From contig URIA01000002.1 in NCBI GenBank assembly GCA_900547765.1, forward strand, positions 2,620-66,619: DNA of 64,000 nucleotides, in the 5' to 3' direction. The translations under genes were made by a program, and so were the position numbers. Below, piece after piece: positions 37,281 to 46,468 of this stretch. Every line of letters starts with the position of its first letter. Positions within the stretch are counted from its first letter, which is position 1. The stretch comes from an uncultured Collinsella sp. (GTDB lineage Bacteria; Actinomycetota; Coriobacteriia; Coriobacteriales; Coriobacteriaceae). The notes under the pieces are model-generated. The model searched no databases and had not been told where the DNA came from. It saw only the letters and a list, made by a program, of their open reading frames with translations.

Positions 37281-38120
37281 CTAGGACTCTTGCGGTAGAC
37301 GCTTCTTGCCCTTGCGGGCACGGTTTCTAAAGTTCTCAACGGCCTCTTCCATGCCCAGGGGTACATAGGCGAGCTCATCGAGGTTTTCGGGCAGGTAGCA
37401 GGCAAGACTTTGCTCCTGCGCACGGCCCGCCGCGAGCTGTTCATCGCTGGGCCGTGCGCCGGGTGTGGCGCAAATGCCATAGACGACGGCACCCATCTCG
37501 CGCGTGCGGCATTCATATTCGGTCTCGGGATGCTCGGGATGGTCGCGGCGCACGTCGTCACTTACCCAAAGCGTGTCGTAGCCGGCTGCGGCAAACTGTC
37601 CTAGGGCGTAGTCGCGCAGTGGCTTGCTGTCGGTGCGCAGCGTGACGGTGGCGCCGGCTGCAAAGAGCGGGCGGTAGAGCATCAGATGGTCGACATGGAC
37701 GAGTCGTTTTTTGGCGTACTTGGCCTTGGGCTGCGGCGTGGGAAAGTTGATGGTGATGGCATCGAGCTCGCCTGCGGCAAACAGCTGCGGCAGCGATGCG
37801 GCACCTCGGGGCAGGACGAGTGCGTTGGACAGCTCTTGCTCGCAGATTTTCTGCGCGGCATAGGCGATGCAGATGGGTTCCTGGTCCATGCCGATAAAGA
37901 GGGCGTTTGGATCGTGGGCCGCGCGCTCAACAAGGTACGTTCCCTTGCCGCAGCCAAGATCCAGGTGAAGGTACTCGAAGGGCTTGCTGCCTGCGGGCGC
38001 GCAAGCCTCGCGCCAATCTCCGGTATAGATCTCGGGGTTCGTCTCGATTGCATCGGCGTAGCGCTCCAAGCGCTCCTCGAGCACAAAGTTCTTAGGCGTG
38101 CGAACGTGGACGGCTCCCAT
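37281..38120 (-). CDS. trmB: tRNA (guanine46-N7)-methyltransferase
   Basis: LDLGCGKG SAM motif and INFPTPQPK…KRL motif typical of TrmB. RBS AAGGAG. Confidence 0.85.
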   Translation of the reverse strand: MGAVHVRTPKNFVLEERLERYADAIETNPEIYTGDWREACAPAGSKPFEYLHLDLGCGKGTYLVERAAHDPNALFIGMDQEPICIAYAAQKICEQELSNALVLPRGAASLPQLFAAGELDAITINFPTPQPKAKYAKKRLVHVDHLMLYRPLFAAGATVTLRTDSKPLRDYALGQFAAAGYDTLWVSDDVRRDHPEHPETEYECRTREMGAVVYGICATPGARPSDEQLAAGRAQEQSLACYLPENLDELAYVPLGMEEAVENFRNRARKGKKRLPQES

Positions 38121-38237
38121 GAGGCTCCTTGGTCATAAATGCGAAACGCATGGTTACGCGTTTCGGCGCTGTGTTGGAAGGGGTGGGCATAGCTTGCCCG
38201 AAAGATGCGGTGCGGCTCGGCGGCGAGTCGCCGATGT

Positions 38238-39110
38238 CTACAGACGCTTGAGAATCACATAGCGGTTGAGCTCGCCGCTGCGACCGTCAGCATGGAAGCG
38301 CTCAAGCTCGCGCACGGGAACCTCGCCGCTCTTGTAGAACGTGCGGACACCGCGCACCAGGTCGGTGATCTGCTGATCGTCAAAGTGATGGCAATAGCGG
38401 TAGGCGTGGCGGTCGTTTTGCCAGCCAATGAGGTGATCGCCGGCTTCAAACTGCGCGGAATCGTAACCCTCAAACGGCGGGGTGAGTTCAGCGCGGGCTT
38501 CGGCTCGAACGGCCTTGCGCGCCATACGCTCATCGTTCATAAACTCCCAAAAGCTGATGGCGATGATGCCGCCTGGGCGCGTCTGGCGTACCAGGGCGTC
38601 GAGCACGCGTACGCGGTACTCGCACGACGGCACGTGGTGCATAAAGCCAAAGCAGACCGAGATGTCGGCGAGCGGGGCGTCGAAAAGCACGTCGGGTGTC
38701 TCGGCGGGGTTGAGCTTCATCAGGGCGTCGAGCACGTCGAGTTCCTGGAAGTGCAGGTTGGGAATTCGCAGGGCGTGGCCACGGGCATCGATCGCCAGGT
38801 CTTGGCACGAGTCGACACCATAGAACTCAAACGGGCAGCTGGCATCTGCCGAGGGGTTTGCGCCGTCGATGCCCTTGGCGGCAAGTGCGCCGCCGGCGGC
38901 AAAGTTCTCAAAGCGCATATTGCCGCAGGCAAGATCGAAGACGCGGACGGGATGCTCGATCGTGGCGACGTCGAGCTGCTCGAGCGCGATGTCCATGGTG
39001 CGCACCCAGCCGGGCCACGGTGCCTGGCGCGTATCGGAGAAGGAGGCGGAGTGCTCGCGATAGAACGTATTGTTGAGCTGAATGAGCGATGAGGCGAAAT
39101 CGCGGTTCAC
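38238..39110 (-). CDS. Class I SAM-dependent methyltransferase
   Basis: Motif I VFDLACGNMRF. Proposed GTG start at 39110 preceded by GGAGGGA; the track start at 39245 has no RBS. Confidence 0.65.
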   Translation of the reverse strand: MNRDFASSLIQLNNTFYREHSASFSDTRQAPWPGWVRTMDIALEQLDVATIEHPVRVFDLACGNMRFENFAAGGALAAKGIDGANPSADASCPFEFYGVDSCQDLAIDARGHALRIPNLHFQELDVLDALMKLNPAETPDVLFDAPLADISVCFGFMHHVPSCEYRVRVLDALVRQTRPGGIIAISFWEFMNDERMARKAVRAEARAELTPPFEGYDSAQFEAGDHLIGWQNDRHAYRYCHHFDDQQITDLVRGVRTFYKSGEVPVRELERFHADGRSGELNRYVILKRL

Positions 39111-39377
39111 GGCGCGGAACTCCCTCCGTTGGCGGTGCGGAATAAACAGTACGACCATACTACCGTTAACGCCGCAACGGGGACAACCGAGCTGCGGGTC
39201 ATTGCTTTGTTTGGACACATTTCCGCAGCTCATGTATGCCCGCAACCGCCGGTTGTCAAAAATCTCACTAGAATAGGTGGCATGCTTTTGGCGGTGGCAG
39301 ATAGATTTTTAACTGTGCAAGGCGCCTTAAGAACAAAAACGGTCCGGCGGCACGGCTGGCATCACATAGGAGGAACC

Positions 39378-40100
39378 ATGAATGTAGAAACTGCGCAGCG
39401 GCTCGCCGACCTTCGTCGCAGCAAGGGTTTTAGCCAAGAAGGGCTGGCGCGAAAGCTGGGGCTGTCGCGCCAGGCGGTCAGTAAATGGGAGCGTGCGGAG
39501 AGCTCGCCCGATACCGAGAACCTGATCTCGCTCGCCAAACTCTATGGCGTGAGTTTGGACGAGCTCCTCAATCCGAGTGACGAGATCGAGGACGATATCG
39601 AGTTTGAGAACGAGGACCGCGCCCGTCAGCGCGAGGCCGAGGCGGCAGAGCGCGCCCGTACCCATGAGGCGGCGGCACGTGCCACCGAGGCGGCAACGCA
39701 GGCGAGTGATGCCGCGGCCAAGGCGGCGCAAGCGGCAAGCTGGAGTGCGCAGGCAGCTAATGCGGCGACGGCTCAGGTGACGGGTGCCGGTGCGACCAGC
39801 GTGACTCCGGTGAAGGGTCCGTTTCAGTCGTTCCCGTATTGGGCTGTGTGCTGGCTGCTGTTCTTTTTGCTGATGTTCCTGTTTGGTGCCGGCCCCTTTG
39901 CCGCGCTGATCTTCTTTACGATCCCCATCTATCACTGGGTGGCGCGTGCGCTCGATGGCGATTGGGCACGCGGGGATATCCAGGTTGGTCCGGCGCCGGC
40001 GGTCGCTAGGACTAAGGGGGAGGACGTTTCCACTGCGGTTGACGCTGACATGGCTGCCGGGGCCACCGCTGAGCCGAGTGCCAAAGAAGGTGGTGAATGA
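39378..40100 (+). CDS. XRE-family HTH transcriptional regulator with C-terminal membrane segment
   Basis: Cro/C1 HTH (…SQEGLARKLGLSRQAVSKWERAES…); Ala-rich linker; two TM helices. RBS AGGAGG before ATG 39378. Confidence 0.75.
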   Translation: MNVETAQRLADLRRSKGFSQEGLARKLGLSRQAVSKWERAESSPDTENLISLAKLYGVSLDELLNPSDEIEDDIEFENEDRARQREAEAAERARTHEAAARATEAATQASDAAAKAAQAASWSAQAANAATAQVTGAGATSVTPVKGPFQSFPYWAVCWLLFFLLMFLFGAGPFAALIFFTIPIYHWVARALDGDWARGDIQVGPAPAVARTKGEDVSTAVDADMAAGATAEPSAKEGGE

Positions 40101-40996
40101 TGAAGCTCTCGCATGAGTCTAAGAGGCGCTTGGGCGTCGGCATCGGAGCGTTTGTGCTTATCATCGGACTTGTCTTCGGCACTTCGTGGACTTTGATTCA
40201 TTTTGATGGACCGTGGGATTTCGACGATGTTGTATCCGGCTTGTCTGGTATGGGCGATGCGTTTGACGAGGACGATTCCTTGAATAGCGGTAACTATTCC
40301 GCTCGGCCTCAACAGCTTTCGAAGGAAACGTTTGATGCCGACGCGTTCACATCCCTTGACTTGGATGTGACGTCGGGTGCGGTTGAGATCAAATGCGTTT
40401 CCGACGGGCCGGTACGTGTCATCGAGAGTGGCCGCGTCGCAAAAGGAGTAGCTGCTTACGATGCGGCAACCCAGAATCTGACCGAGGTTAAGGGTTCTAC
40501 GCTCAAGCTTCGCCAGTTCGATTGCGATGACGAGCGCGCCATTGACCGCACGGTAACCGTCGAACTGCCGCGCGAAGTTGCCGATAACATGGTGGGCATT
40601 ACAGCGAATGTAGGATCGGGTGACCTGACGGTCGCGGGCATTGCGTGTCATGACCTCAACCTGACTTTGGACTCGGGAGACGTCGAGTTTACGGGTACCG
40701 TGACCGATACCCTGAATGCCGAGGTCGGTTCGGGCGATGTGACGTTCGAGCTCTACCAGGCCCCCGCGAAGTCGATGGACGTGAGCGTGGGCTCGGGCGA
40801 TGTGGAGATGACGGTTCCGAACTCGACGGGCTTTAAGGCGAGCCTCACCTTGGGCAGCGGCGACTTCGAGAGCGATTTCCTTCCGCTTGGCTACGACGGC
40901 GAGACCGTTTTGAATCTTGAATTCGATAACGGCGATAAGTCTGCCACGTATCGTTTTGAGGTCGGTTCGGGCGACATGTCGTTTGATCCGGAGTGA
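40097..40996 (+). CDS. DUF4097-type repeat protein (putative adhesin / LiaG-like)
   Basis: N-terminal TM anchor and six GSGD(L/V/F/M)… beta-repeat units. ATGA overlap with the upstream regulator. Confidence 0.75.
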   Translation: MMKLSHESKRRLGVGIGAFVLIIGLVFGTSWTLIHFDGPWDFDDVVSGLSGMGDAFDEDDSLNSGNYSARPQQLSKETFDADAFTSLDLDVTSGAVEIKCVSDGPVRVIESGRVAKGVAAYDAATQNLTEVKGSTLKLRQFDCDDERAIDRTVTVELPREVADNMVGITANVGSGDLTVAGIACHDLNLTLDSGDVEFTGTVTDTLNAEVGSGDVTFELYQAPAKSMDVSVGSGDVEMTVPNSTGFKASLTLGSGDFESDFLPLGYDGETVLNLEFDNGDKSATYRFEVGSGDMSFDPE

Positions 40997-41043
40997 CATG
41001 AGGTTTTCGGAGATCGGTACATATAGGCATGCTGTTTGATGAA

Positions 41044-41085
41044 GGCGCCGAAGCCGAGATTGGCTTCGGCGCCTTTGCCTTTACA
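41044..41085 (+). terminator. Terminator hairpin after the DUF4097 gene
   Basis: GGCGCCGAAGCC-gagatt-GGCTTCGGCGCC followed by TTTGCCTTT. Confidence 0.5.
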
Positions 41086-41093
41086 ATGGGGGC

Positions 41094-43001
41094 ATGGAAC
41101 AGATTATCTTGAACATACTCGAGGCTCTGCGTCGCGGCGAGACCGTGGACGACAAAGCGCTCGTCAAATTGATACATGCCGAGGCGCGCCGCGAGGGTGC
41201 CGACAAACGCGATTTGGCCAAGCGCCGTCTGCTGCCGTTCTACCAGCGGGTTAAACGTGAGGAGCCGGCTCGGTGGGCTGCGTGGAATGTCGATTCCGAT
41301 CTGGAACGTCAACTGCTGCAGGTGCTGCGTATGAAGTCGCGCCGAACGGCCTCGGGCGTGGCGACCATTACCGTCATCACCAAGCCCTGGCCGTGCTCGG
41401 GCGATTGCCTGTTTTGCCCCAACGACCTGCGCATGCCCAAGAGCTATCTGCATGCTGAGCCGGCGTGTGCCCGTGCGGAGCAAAACTGCTTCGATCCGTA
41501 TCTGCAGGTGAGTGCCCGTTTGACGGCGCTTTCGCAAATGGGGCATGCGACCGATAAGATCGAGCTCATTGTGCTTGGCGGTACCTGGAGCGACTATCCG
41601 GAAGGCTATCAGACATGGTTTATGTCGGAGCTCTTCCGCGCGCTCAATGACGATGCCGTGGCCGGCGTGGCGGCCAACCCCATGTTGGCGCGTCCGGGTA
41701 TCAGCCGTGCCGAGGCGGGGCGCCTGCTCGACGATGCTCCTGCCAATGCGCTGCCGCCGGTGGTGGCGGAGCGACGCGAACGCTATCGCGCTGCCGGTAT
41801 TGCGACCGATGAGGTTGAGCTTGCGAGCGGCGTTGCCGACGAGCAGGGGCGTGTGGATGCTACCGTGGGTGGCTATAACCGCGCGGTGCGTCGTCTGTAC
41901 GGCCCCGGCACGCCGTGGGGCGAGGTCGCCGAGTGGCAGACGGCCACGATGGAGGAGCTTGAGCGTCAGCAGCGCATCAATGAGACGGCGAAGCATCGCG
42001 TGGTGGGGCTCGTTATCGAGACGCGCCCCGATGCTGTAACGCCGCAGGCCCTCACGCTTATCCGCCGCCTGGGCTGCACCAAGATCCAGATGGGTATCCA
42101 GAGTCTCGACCAGCACCTGCTCGATATCAACGAGCGTCGCATTTCGGTGGCGCAGATCGAGCGGGCGTTTTCGCTTGCGCGCCTGTTTGGCTTTAAGATC
42201 CACGCGCATTTTATGCTTAACTTGCTGGGCGCCACGCCCGAGGGGGACAAGCGCGACTACGAGTGCTTTATGACCGAGGGGGCCTTTATGCCCGACGAGG
42301 TCAAGGTCTACCCGTGTGCGCTCATCGAGGGCTCGCGTCTGGTGGGCTGCTATGAGCGCGGCGAATGGCGCCCCTATACCGAGGAAGAGCTGCTCGATGT
42401 GTTGGCCGACGACATCGTGGTGACGCCGGCGTTCTGCCGCATCAGTCGCATGATCCGCGACTTTAGCTCCGACGACATCATGGTGGGCAACAAGAAGCCC
42501 AACCTGCGTCAGCTCGTCGAGAACCGCCTGGCTGCTCGGGGTGACGGTGCGACGGTGCGTGAGATCCGCTATCGCGAGATTAGCACGGCGGGCGCCGACC
42601 TAGGCGAGTTGACCCTTGACGAGGGCGTGGCGTACGAGACGCCGGTGACGCACGAGCGCTTTTTGCAGTGGGTGACGCCGCAGGGCAAAATCGCGGGTTT
42701 TTTGCGCCTGTCGCTGCCCGATCGCGCGTTTGTTGCCGCGCATGCGGACGAGTTGCTGACGGCGCCGGACGAGGCGATGATTCGTGAGGTGCACGTGTAC
42801 GGCATGGCGGCGCGCATGGGAGATCAAGGCCAGGCGGCTCAGCATCATGGACTGGGGCGGTCGCTGGTGGAGCGTGCGTGCCAGATGGCGCGGGACGCGG
42901 GCTATGCGCGCATCAACGTGATCAGCGCGATCGGCACGCGTGAGTACTATCGTCATTTGGGTTTTTACGACCATGGACTCTATCTGCAAAAGGAGCTCTA
43001 G
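41094..43001 (+). CDS. Elp3-like radical SAM / GNAT acetyltransferase family protein
   Basis: Radical-SAM cysteine cluster region (…PCSGDCLFCPN…) and C-terminal GNAT domain (…HHGLGRSLVERACQMARDAGYARINVISAIGTREYYRHLGF…). Overall Elp3 architecture. Confidence 0.75.
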   Translation: MEQIILNILEALRRGETVDDKALVKLIHAEARREGADKRDLAKRRLLPFYQRVKREEPARWAAWNVDSDLERQLLQVLRMKSRRTASGVATITVITKPWPCSGDCLFCPNDLRMPKSYLHAEPACARAEQNCFDPYLQVSARLTALSQMGHATDKIELIVLGGTWSDYPEGYQTWFMSELFRALNDDAVAGVAANPMLARPGISRAEAGRLLDDAPANALPPVVAERRERYRAAGIATDEVELASGVADEQGRVDATVGGYNRAVRRLYGPGTPWGEVAEWQTATMEELERQQRINETAKHRVVGLVIETRPDAVTPQALTLIRRLGCTKIQMGIQSLDQHLLDINERRISVAQIERAFSLARLFGFKIHAHFMLNLLGATPEGDKRDYECFMTEGAFMPDEVKVYPCALIEGSRLVGCYERGEWRPYTEEELLDVLADDIVVTPAFCRISRMIRDFSSDDIMVGNKKPNLRQLVENRLAARGDGATVREIRYREISTAGADLGELTLDEGVAYETPVTHERFLQWVTPQGKIAGFLRLSLPDRAFVAAHADELLTAPDEAMIREVHVYGMAARMGDQGQAAQHHGLGRSLVERACQMARDAGYARINVISAIGTREYYRHLGFYDHGLYLQKEL

Positions 43002-43880
43002 ATGAACAAGCCGAGTGTTTCTGCTGGTGTCGTTGCCGGCGTTGCCCTGGGAGCCGCGGCACTTGGTGCGGCCGCCGTCGCTGTTCGCGCTGCCTGTCTG
43101 CAGGTCGCGAGGACCCGCAATGGGCTGGCGCGTGTAAAGCGCGTGCACGATGAGGGCGGCGACGAAGTCCGCGTATTGGTTCAAGGCGGCGTCTACCAAA
43201 GCGCGAGTTACGTTGGCGAGCGCTGGGCGGAGCCCGTCTTTGCGTACTATCGCGCGTTTGACGACGTGTTTGAGGCCGAGGATGCGATGCGCGACGCTTA
43301 TGGTCACGGTATCAGCCGTATGCTTATGCTAGGTGGCGGCGGGTTTGCCTATCCCAAATATGCGCTGGTGTCGCACGAGGGCTTGCGTATGGACGTTATC
43401 GAGTATGACGGAGAGATAACGCGCTTGGCGCGCCGTTGGTTCTACCTGGACGAGCTGGAGCGCGCGGTGGGCGACCGCCTGCGGGTGATTACCGCCGAGG
43501 CTCGCTCGTATCTGGGTGTGACGAGCGTGGGCCATCGTCGCTACGACGTGGTCGTGAGCGATTGCTTTGGCGGTGCCGAGCCCGTTCGCGAGCTGGCGAC
43601 GGTTGAGGCGCTGCGCCTGGTGCGAGGCAGCCTGAACCCCGGGGGTATCTACGTGGCCAATATTGTGAGCGCAAACGAGGGGAGCGATGTGACGTTCCTT
43701 CGCGACTGCGCTGCCACGGCACTCGAGGTATTCGTCCACGCCTGGGTGGTCCCATGTGGCGATGCGAAGTTCGGCGGCGAGGAAAACTACCTGCTCATCG
43801 CCAGCGACGGCGACTACGCCTTTGCCGAAGCCGTGCCCTTCGACACCGACTTCCTCGGCACCGTTCTTCACGACAAGTAA
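43002..43880 (+). CDS. Spermidine-synthase-like class I methyltransferase-fold protein
   Basis: MLMLGGGGFAYP… and …DVVVSDCFGG… resemble spermine/spermidine synthase motifs. Translationally abutted to the Elp3-like gene. Confidence 0.6.
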   Translation: MNKPSVSAGVVAGVALGAAALGAAAVAVRAACLQVARTRNGLARVKRVHDEGGDEVRVLVQGGVYQSASYVGERWAEPVFAYYRAFDDVFEAEDAMRDAYGHGISRMLMLGGGGFAYPKYALVSHEGLRMDVIEYDGEITRLARRWFYLDELERAVGDRLRVITAEARSYLGVTSVGHRRYDVVVSDCFGGAEPVRELATVEALRLVRGSLNPGGIYVANIVSANEGSDVTFLRDCAATALEVFVHAWVVPCGDAKFGGEENYLLIASDGDYAFAEAVPFDTDFLGTVLHDK

Positions 43881-43907
43881 GTCTCCCCGTCCCAAAAAAG
43901 ACTGGTC

Positions 43908-46352
43908 TTAGGCGTGGTCGCGCCAGCTGCGGACACGCTGCTTCATACCCTCGATGTCGAGCACGCCTTCGGCAAAGCCCTTGCGCACGAGCTCTTCGGG
44001 AACAAACTCGTCGTAGCGGTCAAAGTAAGGCACCTCGCCAGGATAGACGAGCTCGATGGGATCGAAGTCCTTCTCGGCCTCGGTGGCGAGCACCTCAAAG
44101 AACGTCTCCTCGTCGGCCTTCATCTTAAACTGCATAAAGTACGGGCGTGACGGATCGAGCCCGCGAAGGCCCAGCTCAGCGGCGCATTTGATTTTAAGCA
44201 TGCGCTCGAGTGCTAGGAAGGCGTAGCTGCCCAACCAGGGGAAGAGCACCCAGGTATCGCCGCCCAGGTTGATGAGCGGTTTAGTTCCCGCGCCCGAAAT
44301 CTCGGCGGTATGACGAGCCTGCGCCAAACGAGCCCGTGCGTTACCCATAAGGTACGGATATGTTGCGTGCTCAGTGAGCGCTTGGCGCATGCGCTCGAGC
44401 ACATGCGTGTTAATGTCTCCAGGGCAGTCGCCAAAGTAGGCCGGCACACGGCCCTTGACCTGCGTGGCAAAGACAGTATGGCGCTTCCAGTCCACTTCCT
44501 CGACAATCCAGCAGTGTCCGGCGATGGCGATGCGCTCACCGGGCGGGGGCGGATTAACGATCGTGCCCAGCTCGGCCGATTCGCTGCGAACGGTAAACTC
44601 CTCGTTTTCCTGGAACACGGCGTAGAACTTAAAGTTGTTGATGATGCGCTCGCCCGCGAGGCCCACGATGAGCCCACCGCCCTCGGTGACCTGGATATGG
44701 TCGATCTTAATGAGGTGATGTAGCAGCACACGGTAATCGTCTGCCGAGACACGGTGGAAATAGCTGAGCGTGAGCACGCGTTGGGCAAGTTCGGCCGGCG
44801 TGAGCTCGCCGGTGCTGGCGAGGGTCGACATAGTCTGGTGATAGAGCAGGCTGTAGGGGAGACGATCGAGCTCAGGCGGCTCGACCCACTTTTCCTCGCG
44901 ATAGAGTTGTACGAGCGCGATACCCTGCAGGAGCTTCCAGGGAATGGTTTCGGGCATCATCGTGCGCGGCTCGGGTTCTTCCTCACGCATGACAAACCAC
45001 ATCTCGGGCGGAAGGTCGCGACGGCCTGTGCGCCCCATGCGCTGCAAAAAGGAGCTGACGGTAAACGGCGCATCGATCTGAAATGCACGCTCCAGGCGGC
45101 CGATATCGATACCGAGCTCCAACGTAGAGGTGGTGACGGTTGTCTGCGTCTGCTCCTCGTCGCGCATGAGCTCCTCGGCCGTCTCGCGTAGCGATGCCGA
45201 AAGATTGCCGTGATGGATGAGAAAGCGGTCGGGCTCGTGCCGGCTCTCGCAGTAGCTGCGCAGCATGGAGCACACGGCCTCTGCCTCCTCGCGCGAGTTG
45301 GCAAAGACCAGGCACTTGCGGCCGCGGGTGTGTTCGAAGATATAGCCCATGCCGGGGTCGGCGTTGTCTGGTGCTGTGTCGGTGGGGCTGAGAAGCGCCT
45401 GCTCGGTCGCTCGCGGGATGTCGACTTCGCCCTCGGGGGCCGAGGAAGTTTGGCGGTCCTTGGGAGTGGCCTTGCCCCGTGCCCGCTCACGACGTTGACG
45501 GCGCTCCTCTTGTGTGAGCTGTCCGCTGTGACGCATGTCTTGGGCGCCGGCGGGCAGTGCCGCGGATGCCGCCGCCTCGATGCGCTCGCACGCAAGCACT
45601 TCGGCCTCTTGAGGACCTGTGCCCATGAATCCCCGCTGCTGTGCCTGAGGACCCGAGTTGTAGAAGTGCTCCATGGAGATGCGCCACACGCGACGCGGCT
45701 CCTCAAAACGGGGGATAACGCAGTCGCGTCCCGTTCCCTGTGAGAGAAAAGCGCCCGTGCGCTCGGGGTCGCCGATGGTAGCGGAAAGGCCAATGCGACG
45801 GGGCTGCACGCCTGCCATGCGCGACAGGCGCTCAATAAGGCAGAGCGTCTGCCCGCCTCGATCGCCGCGCATAAGCGAATGGACCTCGTCAATGACCACA
45901 TAGCGCAGGTCGCAGAACATGCGCGGGATCGCCATATGCTTATGGATCAGGAGTGCCTCGAGCGACTCGGGCGTAATCTGAAGGATGCCGCTCGGTTTTT
46001 TGATGAGCTTAGCCTTGTGCGATTGCGAGACGTCGCCATGCCAGTGCCAGACGGGGATGTTGGCTTCTCCGCACAGGTCATTGAGACGGACGAACTGATC
46101 ATTGATGAGTGCCTTGAGGGGGCCGATGTAGAGGGCGCCAACGCTTGCGGGCGGGTTCTCCCAAAACTCGGTCAGGATGGGAAAGAAGGCTGCCTCGGTT
46201 TTGCCGGAAGCTGTGGATGCCGTTAGGAGCACATTGTCTTGTGTGTTAAAGATGGCATCTGCCGCCGCAACCTGAATGGAGCGCAGACTCTCCCAATCGT
46301 GGGAGTAGATGAAGTCTTGGATAAACGGAGCATATCTGTCAAAGGCGTTCAC
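43908..46352 (-). CDS. Lhr-like DEAD/DEAH-box helicase (Shango SngC-like)
   Basis: Motif I ASTASGKTEAAF, motif II DEVH, SAT, motif VI QRMGRTGRR. Proposed GTG start at 46352 preceded by GAGAGGAGG-cccc; the track start at 46418 is TTG with no RBS. Confidence 0.8.
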   Translation of the reverse strand: MNAFDRYAPFIQDFIYSHDWESLRSIQVAAADAIFNTQDNVLLTASTASGKTEAAFFPILTEFWENPPASVGALYIGPLKALINDQFVRLNDLCGEANIPVWHWHGDVSQSHKAKLIKKPSGILQITPESLEALLIHKHMAIPRMFCDLRYVVIDEVHSLMRGDRGGQTLCLIERLSRMAGVQPRRIGLSATIGDPERTGAFLSQGTGRDCVIPRFEEPRRVWRISMEHFYNSGPQAQQRGFMGTGPQEAEVLACERIEAAASAALPAGAQDMRHSGQLTQEERRQRRERARGKATPKDRQTSSAPEGEVDIPRATEQALLSPTDTAPDNADPGMGYIFEHTRGRKCLVFANSREEAEAVCSMLRSYCESRHEPDRFLIHHGNLSASLRETAEELMRDEEQTQTTVTTSTLELGIDIGRLERAFQIDAPFTVSSFLQRMGRTGRRDLPPEMWFVMREEEPEPRTMMPETIPWKLLQGIALVQLYREEKWVEPPELDRLPYSLLYHQTMSTLASTGELTPAELAQRVLTLSYFHRVSADDYRVLLHHLIKIDHIQVTEGGGLIVGLAGERIINNFKFYAVFQENEEFTVRSESAELGTIVNPPPPGERIAIAGHCWIVEEVDWKRHTVFATQVKGRVPAYFGDCPGDINTHVLERMRQALTEHATYPYLMGNARARLAQARHTAEISGAGTKPLINLGGDTWVLFPWLGSYAFLALERMLKIKCAAELGLRGLDPSRPYFMQFKMKADEETFFEVLATEAEKDFDPIELVYPGEVPYFDRYDEFVPEELVRKGFAEGVLDIEGMKQRVRSWRDHA

Positions 46353-46435
46353 GGGGCCTCCTCTCAAAAACGAATCTCTCAACGCGGCTGGCAACGGCTT
46401 GCTGCATTGCTGCTTCAACGTTTGCCCAGATAAAA

Positions 46436-46468
46436 CCTGCCAAAATAAACCTGTCCCGTTTTGGCAGG
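46436..46468 (-). terminator. Intra-operon terminator-like hairpin between the ATPase and helicase genes
   Basis: Minus strand: CCTGCCAAAA-cgggacaggtttat-TTTTGGCAGG then TTTTAT. Abuts the ATPase stop codon. Loop contains GGGACAGG as in the REP loop. Confidence 0.55.

Noticed and set aside
27614-42209. Further shadow ORFs (27614..28303, 35967..36716, 38205..39092, 39932..40999, 40845..42209 and similar)
   Set aside because: Same reasoning: antisense to rubrerythrin, helicase, methyltransferase, XRE/DUF4097 and Elp3 genes respectively.
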